64,000 nt of DNA, taken from contig OZ024747.1 in the NCBI GenBank assembly GCA_964016885.1, positions 25,916,001 through 25,980,000 of the forward strand. The letters are read 5' to 3'. This DNA comes from Eledone cirrhosa. Taxonomy: Eukaryota. Below are positions 33,976-46,600 of this stretch, one piece after another (within the stretch, counting starts at the first letter, position 1; the number at the start of each line of letters is the position of its first letter). The notes under the pieces were generated by a model. It made no database searches and had not been told where the DNA came from. It saw only the letters and a list, made by a program, of their open reading frames with translations. The position numbers and the translations under genes are program-made.

Positions 33976-36900
33976 GGCGACCTACGTAGTAAATCGTATC
34001 ATCGTGAGCTCCGCAAAGGTTTGTTATTTCCGTTTGTTAAAAATTGCCATTTATGGAAAACTTTTATTGTTAACTATATATAAGCGCACATACATTGTTT
34101 TCCGAAAAGGACACCCCAAAAGATTGGGGCCTTGTGCCCAAAATTTAAACTTTTATGATTATCAAAAAATTTCTTTGAAAAAAAAATGGCTAATTCACCT
34201 CTGCACCAAGCAGCTGAAAGCCTTCCTCACAAATTAACACCTCACACCGACACCACCATTGTAAATGATACTACGTTTGCCAACACAAACAATTTAAGCA
34301 CTAGCAATATTCTAAATTTGTCTCAGGCAGACATTCATTTCCCGCCATTACCAATGACTGCAGGTGTTAAAGCCGCCACCACCACCACCGCGACAACCAC
34401 CACCCCCACCACCACCGCGACAACAGAAACAAAAGGAAAAAATAAATCAACTCGTGATGTCGAAATATTTTCAGCCAAAATGGACTCTTCCAAACCGAAC
34501 TCCACTGACGTCACCACCACCACAACTGAAACTAAAATTAATAATAACAAAAATAACGATAGCAACAACAACAACAATGACATTAAAAAAAACCACCCTG
34601 AGTTTTGCCAGAGTAGCAAAACAGTGCGAAGCATTTACGGTAACTCAGGAGGAATTAGAAAATGCCAAAAAAATGGTAAAGAAAGATGGGTACAGGGTCA
34701 GCCTCACCCCCCACCTAATAAAATGGAGCATCGGCGCCTATGCACCGTGTCGTATCGAAAAATAAATGTAAAATCGCGCCGAGTGGAACGGGCATCCGAG
34801 TCCCAAATCCAAAAAGCTTTGGGACATGTGTGGGCAAGAAAAACCCACATCAGACGTGGGCAGAAGTATGGAACCGTGGACGTGTTCTTTGAAACACCAG
34901 AGGAGGCTAGAGAACACTCCATGGCCCCATTAAGAAGTGACGACTTCACACTCGTCCCAAGCTATTGTGGCCAGAGACTCGTAAAGATCAGGGTGACCCA
35001 CTTTCTAAGGGCCATCGAAATTCCTTGGCTAATAGCGGCCGTCCTCGCCGGCATCGAAGCCAACACAAAGATAATAGCAATAGCAAAAGAAAAGCAGGAG
35101 AACTGGTCCGGATCTGGGATGGAGCTCCTGATCCAAGCGGACCAAAAAAGCATTGACGAGATCCCAGAGGTAATAGACCTCACTGACGGCAGCCACCTCA
35201 CCGTAATTGTCGAGGGCAGAAGGCCTAGGTGTGTCGTTTGTGGTGAAAGAACCCACCTAAGGGCTTTCTGCCCTCGGGCTAAAAGGTTGAGGCCACCTCT
35301 CCTACCCAGCCCAGTGACTCAACCATAAACACCACCAGTAGCAGAGATGGCAGCAACAACTGTAGCAGCAACAACAGAAGCAACTATAACAGCAACAACC
35401 CCAGCAACAGTAGCAAAACCAACACCACCACCACCAGAAAAACCAACACCACCACCACCCAACGCTTCAGAACTAGTACCAGCGCCTACACCATCCACCA
35501 CGCCACAACCAAAACTAACGCCTGTGGAGGATTTTCCACTCCCCGGCCTATCACAACTGGAGACAGATTGTGACGACGAGGAGTGGGAAACGGTATCAGG
35601 AAAAAAAAAGAAACCCAAAAAGAAAAAATTCTCTTCCTTCCCCCTCCAAAAACAAAATACAGAGGGAAACAAATAAATTAACAAACAAAAAAGTTAGGAC
35701 AGATATGCCACCATCCACACCAGCATCACCAACCCCATCACCCCAAACACCAACACCATCACCATCATTAACCCCAACACCACCATCACCTACACCACAA
35801 AAGTCACCAAAATGCGAAACAGAAACAAACCCACAACAAACGCAAACAAAACAAAACAACCAAAACGATACACACTACACAGCATTAAATTTGAACAACA
35901 AGCAATTATTACACTACATCCAACACAACACCAGCATCACAGAAAAAGACTACACAACAACCCAAAAATTCACACCACCTCCACACATACAAATCACTCG
36001 CATCACACAGAAAACGTACATGATACTAAAACAAAAATTCCCCAAAGACATCGGAGACTTCCGCCAAGCACTCTCCAGGAGGATTTATAAGGACATCCTT
36101 CCTGAGGAGGCCACAAGCAGTGAAAAGGATGGAAAAACCGTCCTTCCTCTACGAGAAGTAAGGTAAGTGGTCTTTCCCATCTTTTCCACTCCTTTTCAAC
36201 ATGACCTCACTCAGAATAGGCAGCATAAATGCGCGTGGCTTGGGGTCGTCATGGAAGCAGGGCCACCTGCTCAACGACCTCAGGTCACTAAACATAGATG
36301 TAGTGGCCATCAGCGAGACCAGAATCTCCGAAGCACGGGCCTTCGCACCGATCTTCGGCGGCTACAATGTGTACGCATCTCCCAGCCGTTCGGGATCGAG
36401 GGGAGGAGTTGCTGTGCTTTTTCGGAGAGGTTTGGATCTTGCCATACGGGCCATCTTCCTGGACCCAGAAGGTAAGTTGGTGGTGCTGGACGTGACCAGT
36501 GGAGACGAGCAAGCTTTCAGGTTAGTGGCCGTCTATGCCCCGACAGGAGCAGGGTGGCCTGATTTCTTCCGGCGTCTGGAGACCTTTCTTGGAACGTCCC
36601 GCTCTTTAGTGTTAGTGGGCGACTTAGATGCACGCTGGGATTGTGTGGGATTGGAGGATAGGGAAGGAAGGTGAAAGAGTCTCACCAACCTGCTCAGGCG
36701 TTTTGAACTGTCTGACAGGTACCGATTGGATTTCCCGAATGTACCAATGTGGACTTGGACAAATCGCATAGGGTCATCCAGATCATATCTAGATAGAGTA
36801 TTTTGTAGGGAAATAGATAGGTCTAGCATAGGCTGTCCACAATTCAAGATAGTCAGCTACACGGACCACAAATTCGTGATCTGTGTTCTTGACTTAGATA

Positions 36901-38380
36901 GGCGTCATAGACGAGGACCCGGATACTGGAAGCTAAACGCGTCCTTAACAGTGTGCAAGGCCTACAGAGACCGGATTAGCGAACTAGTTAAGCGGGCGTT
37001 GACGGGGGCCATCAAGTGGTGGTTTGCTCTGAAAAGAGCAATTAGAATAGAGTCCATTAGGTTTAGTAAGGCTTTAACAATAGAGAAAAATAGAGCAGAG
37101 GGAAAATTAGTGAGAAAATTAGACGAGGCGCTTTGCAAAGGCATTGCGACCGACGTACTTGCGGCGAAATTGGCCCTTGACCAATTCTTCAATGCAATGT
37201 GGAAGGGACGCGCTCCGACGGTCAGGCGGTCCATCTGCTGTCAACACCCGCTACGTGGAGGGCTGGGCATGCCGTGACTGATGATGCGCAGACACGCGCT
37301 CAGGCTACGACATCTCCACCTCTTCCTCGACGGTGATCAGGTGTGGTCGCCGTTTGCTAGACACGTCTTTCCCCAGCTCGTCTCCTTGACGGAGCTGCAG
37401 TCCTGGGTCAAGCGAAGACCGAGAGGGAGCGCTTAGAGACTGGAATGTCTTCAGGCGCTCACAGCCCTCGACCAATCGAGCAATGTGATCGGTGGAAACT
37501 CCATCTTGGCGTTCTATAGAGGATTAGTGGAGGGGAAGAGCGACGACGTACTTGGAGAAACTCTAGGCGTCGACGAAAATCAACTAGCCAATCAGTTCGG
37601 AAGGACTTTCGGGCCGGGGCCTATGGACAACTTCCAGAAATCCCTGGCCTGGCAGTGCTACCGGGGAGCTTTGCCAGTTCGGGATAAACTCTACAGGCAT
37701 GGAGGTGCCGTCAGCCGGGCATGTCCGAGATGCGCGCAGGGCGACGAAACCGTCCTGCACGCACTCGTCCAGTGTCCGAGCATTGCTGACTTGTGGGTTT
37801 ATGTCGAACACCTGCTGTCACGTGTAGGACGGATCCAGCTATCAGCTGAGTCCATCGTGAGGATTGCCCCGCCCTCTTCCTTTAGCCGGGAAGGGCAGGC
37901 AGTTTTTATGTCTGGTGGCCATGGCGAAAGAGATAGTATGGTGGACACGTTTGAAAGGGCTGAAGACGTGCACTTACCTCTTCGGTGATGCCCTGATTAA
38001 CTTTTTCAAATTTCATTTGAAAAGGAAAATCAGGGTAGAGAGGGAAGTGCTCTCTTCCCAGCATTTTGTTGAAAGATGGGTGAGAGAAGCAAGTATGGCC
38101 CGAATGAATGGGCTTTCTCTGAGTATGTGTCTGTAAATTAAAGGTGGAAAACTGGGAGAGGGCACTTGCCCTGGTGGTCAGGGCCACTGTGGTCTTTTAA
38201 TGGGCTTTCTCCACAAATGTCCCTCGAAAGTCTCCCCCCTATTGGGAAATTTTTCTTTGTTATTTTATTTCAACCTCTTTTTTTTTTTACACGCAGAAAT
38301 GCCCATTTGTACCGTCCTGTATTGTCCTGTACTGTCCTTAATGTCTACTTTATGTAAACCCTTGTGGTTAATAAAGAAAA

Positions 38381-38381
<1 letters not shown>
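33976..38381 (+). mobile_element. Tx1 LINE copy C (family A), both ends intact but RT domain deleted
   Basis: Flanked by (ATT)n on both sides; ORF1 34186-36166; ORF2 from 36201; LDQFFNA is joined directly to WKGRAP at about 37197. Confidence 0.93.

Positions 38382-38420
<39 letters not shown>
38382..38420. repeat. (ATT)n tract shared as the tail of Tx1 copy C (+) and Dong copy D (-)
   Basis: Direct reading. Confidence 0.95.
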
Positions 38421-38422
<2 letters not shown>

Positions 38423-41400
38423 AGTTGCATTTATCTTGCTTTATGTTCATACGAGTTATCACCAAGTCACAACCAGTGACCTCAAGAGACAACAAGGTCC
38501 GCCATGTTCAAGAAAGAACATACATATTCACACATGCATCTTTAGTGTTTAGACTTGTGATGTACTTATATTGACAGAATCTTCCTTAGTATATGGGCAG
38601 TTCCCATTAGTACTATCTTTTGTATTTCTCCTATACGCGGGTTTCCTGGGATTTGCGATAAGTAATCATTAGACCCCTTAGGTATCATTCCCAGAGCGCC
38701 TACAACCACTCGTATTGTTTTAGTTCTCAATTTCCACATTTTTCCAATTTCCAGCTCCAGGTCCTTATACTTGCTCAATTTTTCAAATGTTTTTATAGAT
38801 ACATTCTTGTCTATTGGAACAGACATATCAATTAGCAGGCATACCCTCTTTTGAAAGTCTTTCAATATTATATCAGGTCTGTTTGCATCTATTTTTCGGT
38901 CTGTCTGGATGCTAAAGTTCCACAAGATTGAGATGTGATCTTTTTCAAGTATGGGAGGTGGTTGATGCTCCCACCAATTCTTTTGATGGGGCAGGTCAAA
39001 ATGCCTACACATTATCCAATGTATGTATTGTGCAGCTCTGTCATGCCTGTTTAGGTATTCGGTTGGAGCTATAGGACTGCACATTGAAATTATATGATCA
39101 ATGGTCTCTGGTTGTTTTTTGCATACACGGCATAATGGGCTGCACCCATTTTTTATTATGTTGGGTTGGTAATTTTTTGTTGGCAGACACTGATCTTGTG
39201 CCGATATAATCAGTCCTTCAGTCTCCGATTTCAGTCCAGAGGATGCCAACCACTGATGGGTTAAAGTTTTGTCAACATCAGGATTGTTAGCTCGCTCTGG
39301 GTATTTTCCATATAGAGGCTTTTCTTGCCATTTCTTAGCCAGTTTCTGTAGCAGTTCTTTATTTGCAGTTACTTTTACCTGCTTTGCCTTTTCTGTGTTT
39401 TCCATTTCAGCAGTAAATGGGACTTCTGAAATTTGTAGTCCATTACTGTATCTTTGTGCATCTTTTGTAATGGAATATGATCTTTTGATGCTTTCGTGTT
39501 TCAAAACGAGTTTGATCATCCAATCATGTGATTCCCTTAGATATGTAGATAATCCAATTGTTGCAGTTTTCAACGCAATGTCTAACTGGATTAACCCACG
39601 TCCTCCTTCTTTCCTAGGGAGATATATTCTATCTATATCTGCCTTAGGGTGATGCATTCCGTGCATGGTTAAGAGTTTTCGAATTTTTGTATCGAGCCTA
39701 CGGATCTCTGTGCTTGACCAGTTGATGACATTGTAACTGTAGGTTACTACTGGTATGGCAAGCGTGTTTATGGCATCGATCCTATTCCTTGCATTCAATT
39801 CCGTTCTTAAGATTGCTCTTACTCTGCGGTAACATTCCTTCCTTATCCTTTCCCTCATTGTCGAGTGCTTGATTCCGTCTCCTTCACAAACACCTAGATA
39901 TTTGTAAGTTTTTTTCTTGATCAAGTTCTCTTATCACGTTCCCCCGATCAAGATTAATGTCTGAACTCTTCAGCAGCTTTCCTCTGGTGAACGTTGCTTT
40001 GGCGCATTTATCTAGTCCAAACTCCATTTTAATGTCATCACTGAACTGCTTCACAGTGGATAATAGCCCTTGCAATTGTTCATCATTTTTTGCAAATAGT
40101 TTCAGGTCATCCATGTAGAACAGGTGATTAATGGTTTTGTCATAGACTTTATATCCATGTTTTGTTTCATTGAGCATTTTACTTAATGGTATAAGTGCGA
40201 TACAGAATAAAAGCGGTGATAAAGAGTCACCCTGAAAAATTCCACAATTAATATTAACTTCTCCAGCTTCCAGTGATTTTGTTTCACTATTCAAAAGGTG
40301 TGTCGTTTTCCATGTCTTCATACTGAATGACAAAAACCTCCTGACAACGGGGGATATTTTGAAAATCTCTAAACATTTTTCAATCCAACTGTGTGGCAAA
40401 CTATCGAATGCTTTTTTATAATCTATCCAAGCAATCGATAGATTTTTGTGTCTATTATGACAATCTTCCAGTATCATTTTGTTAACCAGAAGCTGATCCT
40501 TACAGCCATATGAGCCTCGTTTACACCCTTTCTGCTCAATGGGAAATAGGTCATTTGTTATCAGGTGGTCATATGTGTATTCAGTTAGGACTGATGTTAA
40601 AATTTTATACATTGTGGTCAAGCAAGTTATCGGTCTGTAATTTTTGGGATTGTTTGTCTCATCATTCTTCGGAAGCAGGAATGTAATGCCGTTAACTAGC
40701 CATGAAGGTATCTTTTCTGGCTCCTTAACTATTTCATTGTAAAGTTGGGCTAACAGCTCATGAGACTCTGTGAAGGCATTTATCCAAAAGTTTTGTATTT
40801 TGTCTTTTCCTGGGGATTTCCATTTGCTGGTTTTTCTTAGAGCCAAGCGCAACTGTTCAACTGTTATATTTTCCCATGTTTGTTCCTCAAGGTGAGCTGT
40901 ATCTTTCATTTGTCTGTCTATCCATGGGGCATGTATGTTATGAACTTTTTCTTCGGCCCAGATCTTTTCCCAGAATTCTTGCACTTCCTCCTTGGGTGGT
41001 ATTGATTTAGCAGTTATTGTTGACTTACCAATTTTTCTGTAGAAGTTTCTTTGGTTGTTTTTGAACATATTATTGTCCTTATAGAATCTAGATCGTTTTT
41101 CAAAGCGCCTTATACGAGCAGCTTTGGCCGACACTTTTTGCTTGATTATTTCTATCAGCATGTCTATGTCACATGTTGATTTTATACTGTACTTTTTTTT
41201 TAATTTTCTAAGTTTAGTTTGTTTAACATGTTCACCTACTTTATAGTTTGTTAAAATTTCTATGTCAGATCGGAGAAGGTTTATTTGGCGATTGATGTTC
41301 TCTTGCCAAGTAGATTTCTTGTGGGAATTCCTTTGTTTTTTCATCTTCACTCCACATAAGTGAGTGGTGACTTTAGCCGATGCATAATAGAGATGATTTA

Positions 41401-42378
41401 AATCAGTAATGTTTAGTTTGTTTGTGATGATAATGTTTTTGAGAATTATGTTAGTCTTGTGTATTATCTTTTGGTTCTGTTTGGAGTTCTGGATCTTAGG
41501 GAGGGTGTCTCGTTTCCCCATGTCAGATTCTTTCATTTTCATCCATTCGATCATAATTTCATCCTTCAAGTTGGCAAGTTCATTCTCATTCATTTCTTTA
41601 TCATTTACGATCTCATTATTTTCATTTGGAGTTTCATCCTGAGCATGCACTCCCTCCACTTTTTCGATCATTTCTTTAATTTGTTCTGTTGCCAGTGATT
41701 CCGCCCCAACCCTGTGATTCGAAGTGTTACAGTTTACCTCGTTTTCACTGACACATGTTTCACTTTCCCTTCGCTGACTTTGTGCTAATAGCTTGATCTG
41801 ATCAATTTCTATATCAGTTAGTAACTTTTTTCTTACAATATTTCTTCGTATATTGGCTAGTTTGTTACTGTCAATATAGCCTCTGTGTTCGGGATGTTTC
41901 TTTTTCCAGTTGATATATGTCTGTTCTGTATTCGATGTATTTGATGGGTAGTACATGGCAGTGTAGAAAGCCTCAAGGACTTCTTTATTATCTTCCCTTG
42001 ACCATTTTTCTCTCTTTTTCTTTGGATTTCTTGGTGGTGAGCATGGAGGGCCAACAGTAGGGGTATTCCGGTTATGGGAGGTCTCCAGCTCCGAAGTGAT
42101 GGGAAGGTTTGAACCATTAGCTGATTTTTCGACCCCAGTCTGGTTCCTCTCTGAGGGACGCGGCCCTTTTTTACCCGGGTGACGGCCGATCCGGTATGAG
42201 ATTTTATCATTAGACATTTACTTTATTTTGTCGCGTTTTATCCTTATCCGCCAAGGGGTAATCATTTCGTGTTACCACTTCTAGAACGAGTGTCAACCAA
42301 GACTAGAGGGGTCGTTCTCCCCTAGAGACACGGCTATTCCCCGCCGGCCGCCATCCCGGTATTTCTTGGTCACGGGGT
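38421..42378 (-). mobile_element. Full-length R4/Dong-type RLE LINE, family D
   Basis: RT (KSPGKD, YRPITCL, WIDYKKAFD, IFQGDSLSP, YMDD), CRVC..ETIDHIISMC, RHD, RPDII..LIDMSVP RLE; (TAA)n tail. Confidence 0.95.
38566..42217 (-). pseudogene. Family D RT-RLE ORF with a single frameshift in an A-run near 39910
   Basis: ORFs 39884-42217 and 38566-39924 overlap and are consecutive in domain order. Confidence 0.9.
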
Positions 42379-43544
42379 TTTCTTTTTGTTGTTTTTTTAG
42401 ATTGTTATTATCATGAGTAGTTCCTTAATGTGAGCATTGCGTGGCTTAAGAATGAAATTATTAATAATTGTCTCCACTCCAGGCACAAGGCCAGCAATCA
42501 CCCAGTGCATTACAATAATATAATATACTTTTTGTTGTAGTTGGCTGTTATTGTTGTTGGCTATGTCGGTGGTGGTGCCGGGGCTTTTTATATTGTTGGT
42601 GAGGAAGGGGTGAGCCAGCAGTCCCATAGTTGTTGATGTTGACGTTTGGCCGGTGGCCAGGTCACTAAGTCAATCTATTTATATCTTTTGCTAGCCTCTC
42701 CCTTGTCTAGTGATACCGCCACCTTCCCCTTTCTCTCTCAAGTTAACAGGGGAATAGTGGTGGTAGCATTGAAGGAGTGGTGGCGGCGACGATGGGATAG
42801 TGGTAGCAATGATGGATGGGGTGGGGTGGTGGCAGCGGTGGCGTTGTGGTTACTGATATGTAGTATCTATGAGTTTGTGTTCGTATGTTTAATATATATT
42901 TTTATTATATTTTGTGTTGACATATTCCCGTAAAATTGGAATTAAACATTTTTTTTTAAATTTGAGACAATAATAATAGTAATTCTATAATAGTAATTCT
43001 ATAATGTGGTGGCAGCAGCCAGCGAGGAAATGTGGGAGACAGTAGAGGCGGTATCGATACTGAGACAGTGGTGGTGGTGATGTCGATACCGAGGCAGTGG
43101 TGGTGGTGGTGATGTGATCATATTACTGTAGTGATGGTGTTGTAGCAGTGGTAGCAATGAAGGAGTGGTGGCGGCGGTGATGGGATAGTGGTGGTAATGA
43201 TGGCAGTAGTGAGTGGTGGTGGTGAAATTGCCGTTATCTGGCTGTTGTGTTTAGTGTACGCAGAGAGGTGATGGGGTAGGTGGTGTATCTAGTTTCTGGT
43301 GTTGGTGAGATTGGTGTTGTTTGGCTGTTCTATATAGTGTAGACAGAGGAGGGGGGGGGGTTTCTTCTTCCATTTATAGCCATTTTCTTTTTTGAATATA
43401 CAGTGTACAATACAAAGTTGAATATTTGAATATTTGAGCCTTATAACAATATATTTTGGGTCCGAATATGTTAAATATGTTAAAAATTCAAAACTTACGG
43501 GAGCGATTTCATGACCTTCCGCCACCTCGTGCGTCTTCTTCATC

Positions 43545-43546
<2 letters not shown>

Positions 43547-43634
<88 letters not shown>

Positions 43635-46600
43635 GTTGTTATTCCTTGAATCTCAGTCATTGATGTTGGTTAACTGGAAAGTCCGTTGGATTGAATATCA
43701 AGCCACTACCTGCAGCCTCAGATATTCAGGACGTATCGGAGGGTTCTTGCTGTTCCAAGCAAGCATGCCTTTTGAAGCGTTCCAAAAAGCGTGAAGGGGC
43801 CGATTTTCTTTAACCATCCCTGGAAACTTTTGGAGATAGGCACCAGTGCACCTATGATAATCGGGATCACTTTGACTTCATGGCAGTTCCAAATCCTTTT
43901 CACCTCCCACTTTAGGTCCTGGTATCGGTTAATCTTCTCCCTCTCCTTCTCTTGCACTCTCGTGTCGAACGGGCAGGCCACATCCACAATCAGACACGAT
44001 CTTTTTTCTTTGTCCACAACCACCAGGTCAGGTCTATTGTGTTCCAGTTTTTTGTCCGTCTGTATCCTAAAATCCCACAGCACCTTCACCCGATTGTTCT
44101 CCATCACCGCCTCTGGCCTATGCTCATACCATTTCTCAGAATGTGGTAAATTGTTTACTTTGCACAGGTGCCAGTGGATCACCCTGCCCATCACATCGTG
44201 TCTCCAGCCCTTGTAGTGGGTCTGGGCTAGGTGTTTACACTCGGACACAATGTGAGCCACAGTCTCCTCTCTCTCTCCACAGATCCTGCACAGTGGGCTA
44301 GCCTCCTCCTTGTAGATATGGTGCTTCAACCACTTCGTTTTGAGGGCCTGCTCCTGCGCAGCCATTAGCATTCCTTCTGTAGCCTTTTTGAGGTCTCCTC
44401 TTCTCAACCAGTTCCATGTCTGTGGATCTCTAAATTCAGTTTTCTCAAAGAAGGTACTATGAAGGGATTTTCCCTTAAGGCTGCTCTTCCTCCTTGATGT
44501 TATTTCCTCCTTGGACATCCCCTGGCCTACTGTCCCCTCCTTCAGTACAGTTCTGAGCATTGGCTCCTTACTATAGGTCACGTATTTGTATAGGTTGTTT
44601 TTCTCCATCTGAACACAGTCCTCTATGCTGATAAGACCTCTTCCACCCTCAGATCTCCTTAGGTAGAGTCTATCGACATCACCCCTCTTGTGGAACATGT
44701 TGTAGATAGTCAATAGCTTCCTAGTCTTCCTATCCATTTCTTTTTGTTCAGCAACATTCCATCTCAGAATTCCCGCACTGTACCTAATAATAGACACAGC
44801 TCGGGAATTTACTGCGCTTATGGCATTTCTGCTGTTCAGATGTGACTTCAATACGCTCCTTACTCTCCGAATGTATTCAGTTCTTAACAATTCCTTCATT
44901 TTTTTGTTCTTTATGCCATCAGCCTCCAGAACGCCCAAATACTTGTATCCTTCCTCAGAGTCAATTTCCTTTATCATCTCACCTGTTGGTATCTGGATCC
45001 CGTTACTTCTGCTCAACCTACCCCTCTTCATCACAATGACTCCACATTTACCAATACCAAACTGCATACATATATCACTGCTGAAAATACGGACAGTGTC
45101 AACAAGCACATCCAACTCCTTCTCACTTTTCCCGAAGAGCTTAAGATCGTCCATGAAGAGGAGGTGATTGATGGTAAGCTCTCCCCTTCCCAACTTGTAT
45201 CCTGCTCTCACTTTTCGCAGCATAATGGTCAAGCGCATCAGGGCAAGGACAAACAACAGAGGGGACAGGCTATCTCCCTGGAAGATACCTCTCTTGATCT
45301 TCACGCTTCCCAAGGATACTCCAGTTGATGTCAACTCTGTCTCCCAGGACCCCATACTCCTGCCTAGCAACTGTCTGATGTTATCTGCCACCTTGAAGAT
45401 CTCCAGGCTTTTGGTGATCCAGGAATGGGGCACCATGTCAAATGCCTTTCTGTAGTCTATCCATCCCATGGCAAGATCAGTGTGTCTCCTCCTGCAATTC
45501 CCCATTACCATCTTATCAATAAGTAACTGGTCCTTTGTACCACGTGACTTCTTTCGGCATCCTTTCTGTTCGTCCGGTAACAAGTTGTTTGTGTGGAGGT
45601 GATGGTAGATTTCCTCAGACACAATGCTCGTCAACAGTTTCCACATTACGGACAGACATGTGATAGGTCTATAGTTGGTAACATCATTACCCTTGATTCG
45701 GTCTTTCATTATCAGAACTGTGGTACCTTTTGTCAACCACTCTGGCACCTCACCCGACACCAAGCAGTCATTGAACATGGCCGTCAGCTTCGGGTGGAGG
45801 GATGTTAAATGTTTAATCCAATACCCCTGCACACCATCTGGGCCTGGTGATTTCCAGTTGGTTAGTTTTTTGGCCTGCCCCTTAAGAGTTTCAACTGTGA
45901 TACTCAACTCAGTTTGTTGCTGTGCCTGCTCACCGATCTCCCTCTGTACTGTCTCAATCCACCCTGCCTGGGCATTGTGTCTAACATCCTGCTCCCATAT
46001 TCCTCTCCAGAATGTTTTAGTTTGCTCCGCCCCAGGGATCAAGTCGTTGCCTCTTTCTTTCCCCTCAAGCTGTCCAAACAGCATCTTCTGGTTGTTGTCA
46101 AACATGCGGTTCTGTTTATACTGACTGACTCTGTTCTCGTATCGCCTGATTTTTGCACTCTTTGCTACAATGCGTTGCTTCAGTTCCTCTATGATAATAT
46201 TTAGCTTTTTACTCCTAGTTTTGTATTTTATTTCCAGTCTATTTTTAGTGCCTATGTTTTTTAGTGTCCCATTCAGTAGTGACTCAAGCTTTCCTAAGTA
46301 ATTTCTCATTTCCCCGATTTGCCCACTCAGTCGCTTCTTCCACCACGGCTCTGCTCTTTCTTGTCTGTTGTTTCCTCTCGCTTTTATACCAAGTAGTTTC
46401 CTCACCGTATTTGCTGTTGCTTTGAGGATATTGTTGCACTGGTGAAGGCTCCTCGCCTCAAGGTATGGGATGACTTTGTTTACCTTAGCTGTTGTTTCTT
46501 TTAACTTTTTCCTGTCTACAAATCTTAGGTTCATAGGTCTCCCACTATCATTGTTCAATTCATCTACCACTAAATTTAGGATGTCAACCGAATCTTGTCC

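Noticed and set aside
37190-37205. RT deletion in copy C as a splicing product
   Set aside because: Boundaries inferred from copy B are not GT-AG
39905-39920. Programmed frameshift in family D
   Set aside because: It falls in an A homopolymer within the RT thumb region; family E is continuous here, and similar homopolymer indels occur throughout, so mutation or sequencing error is more likely
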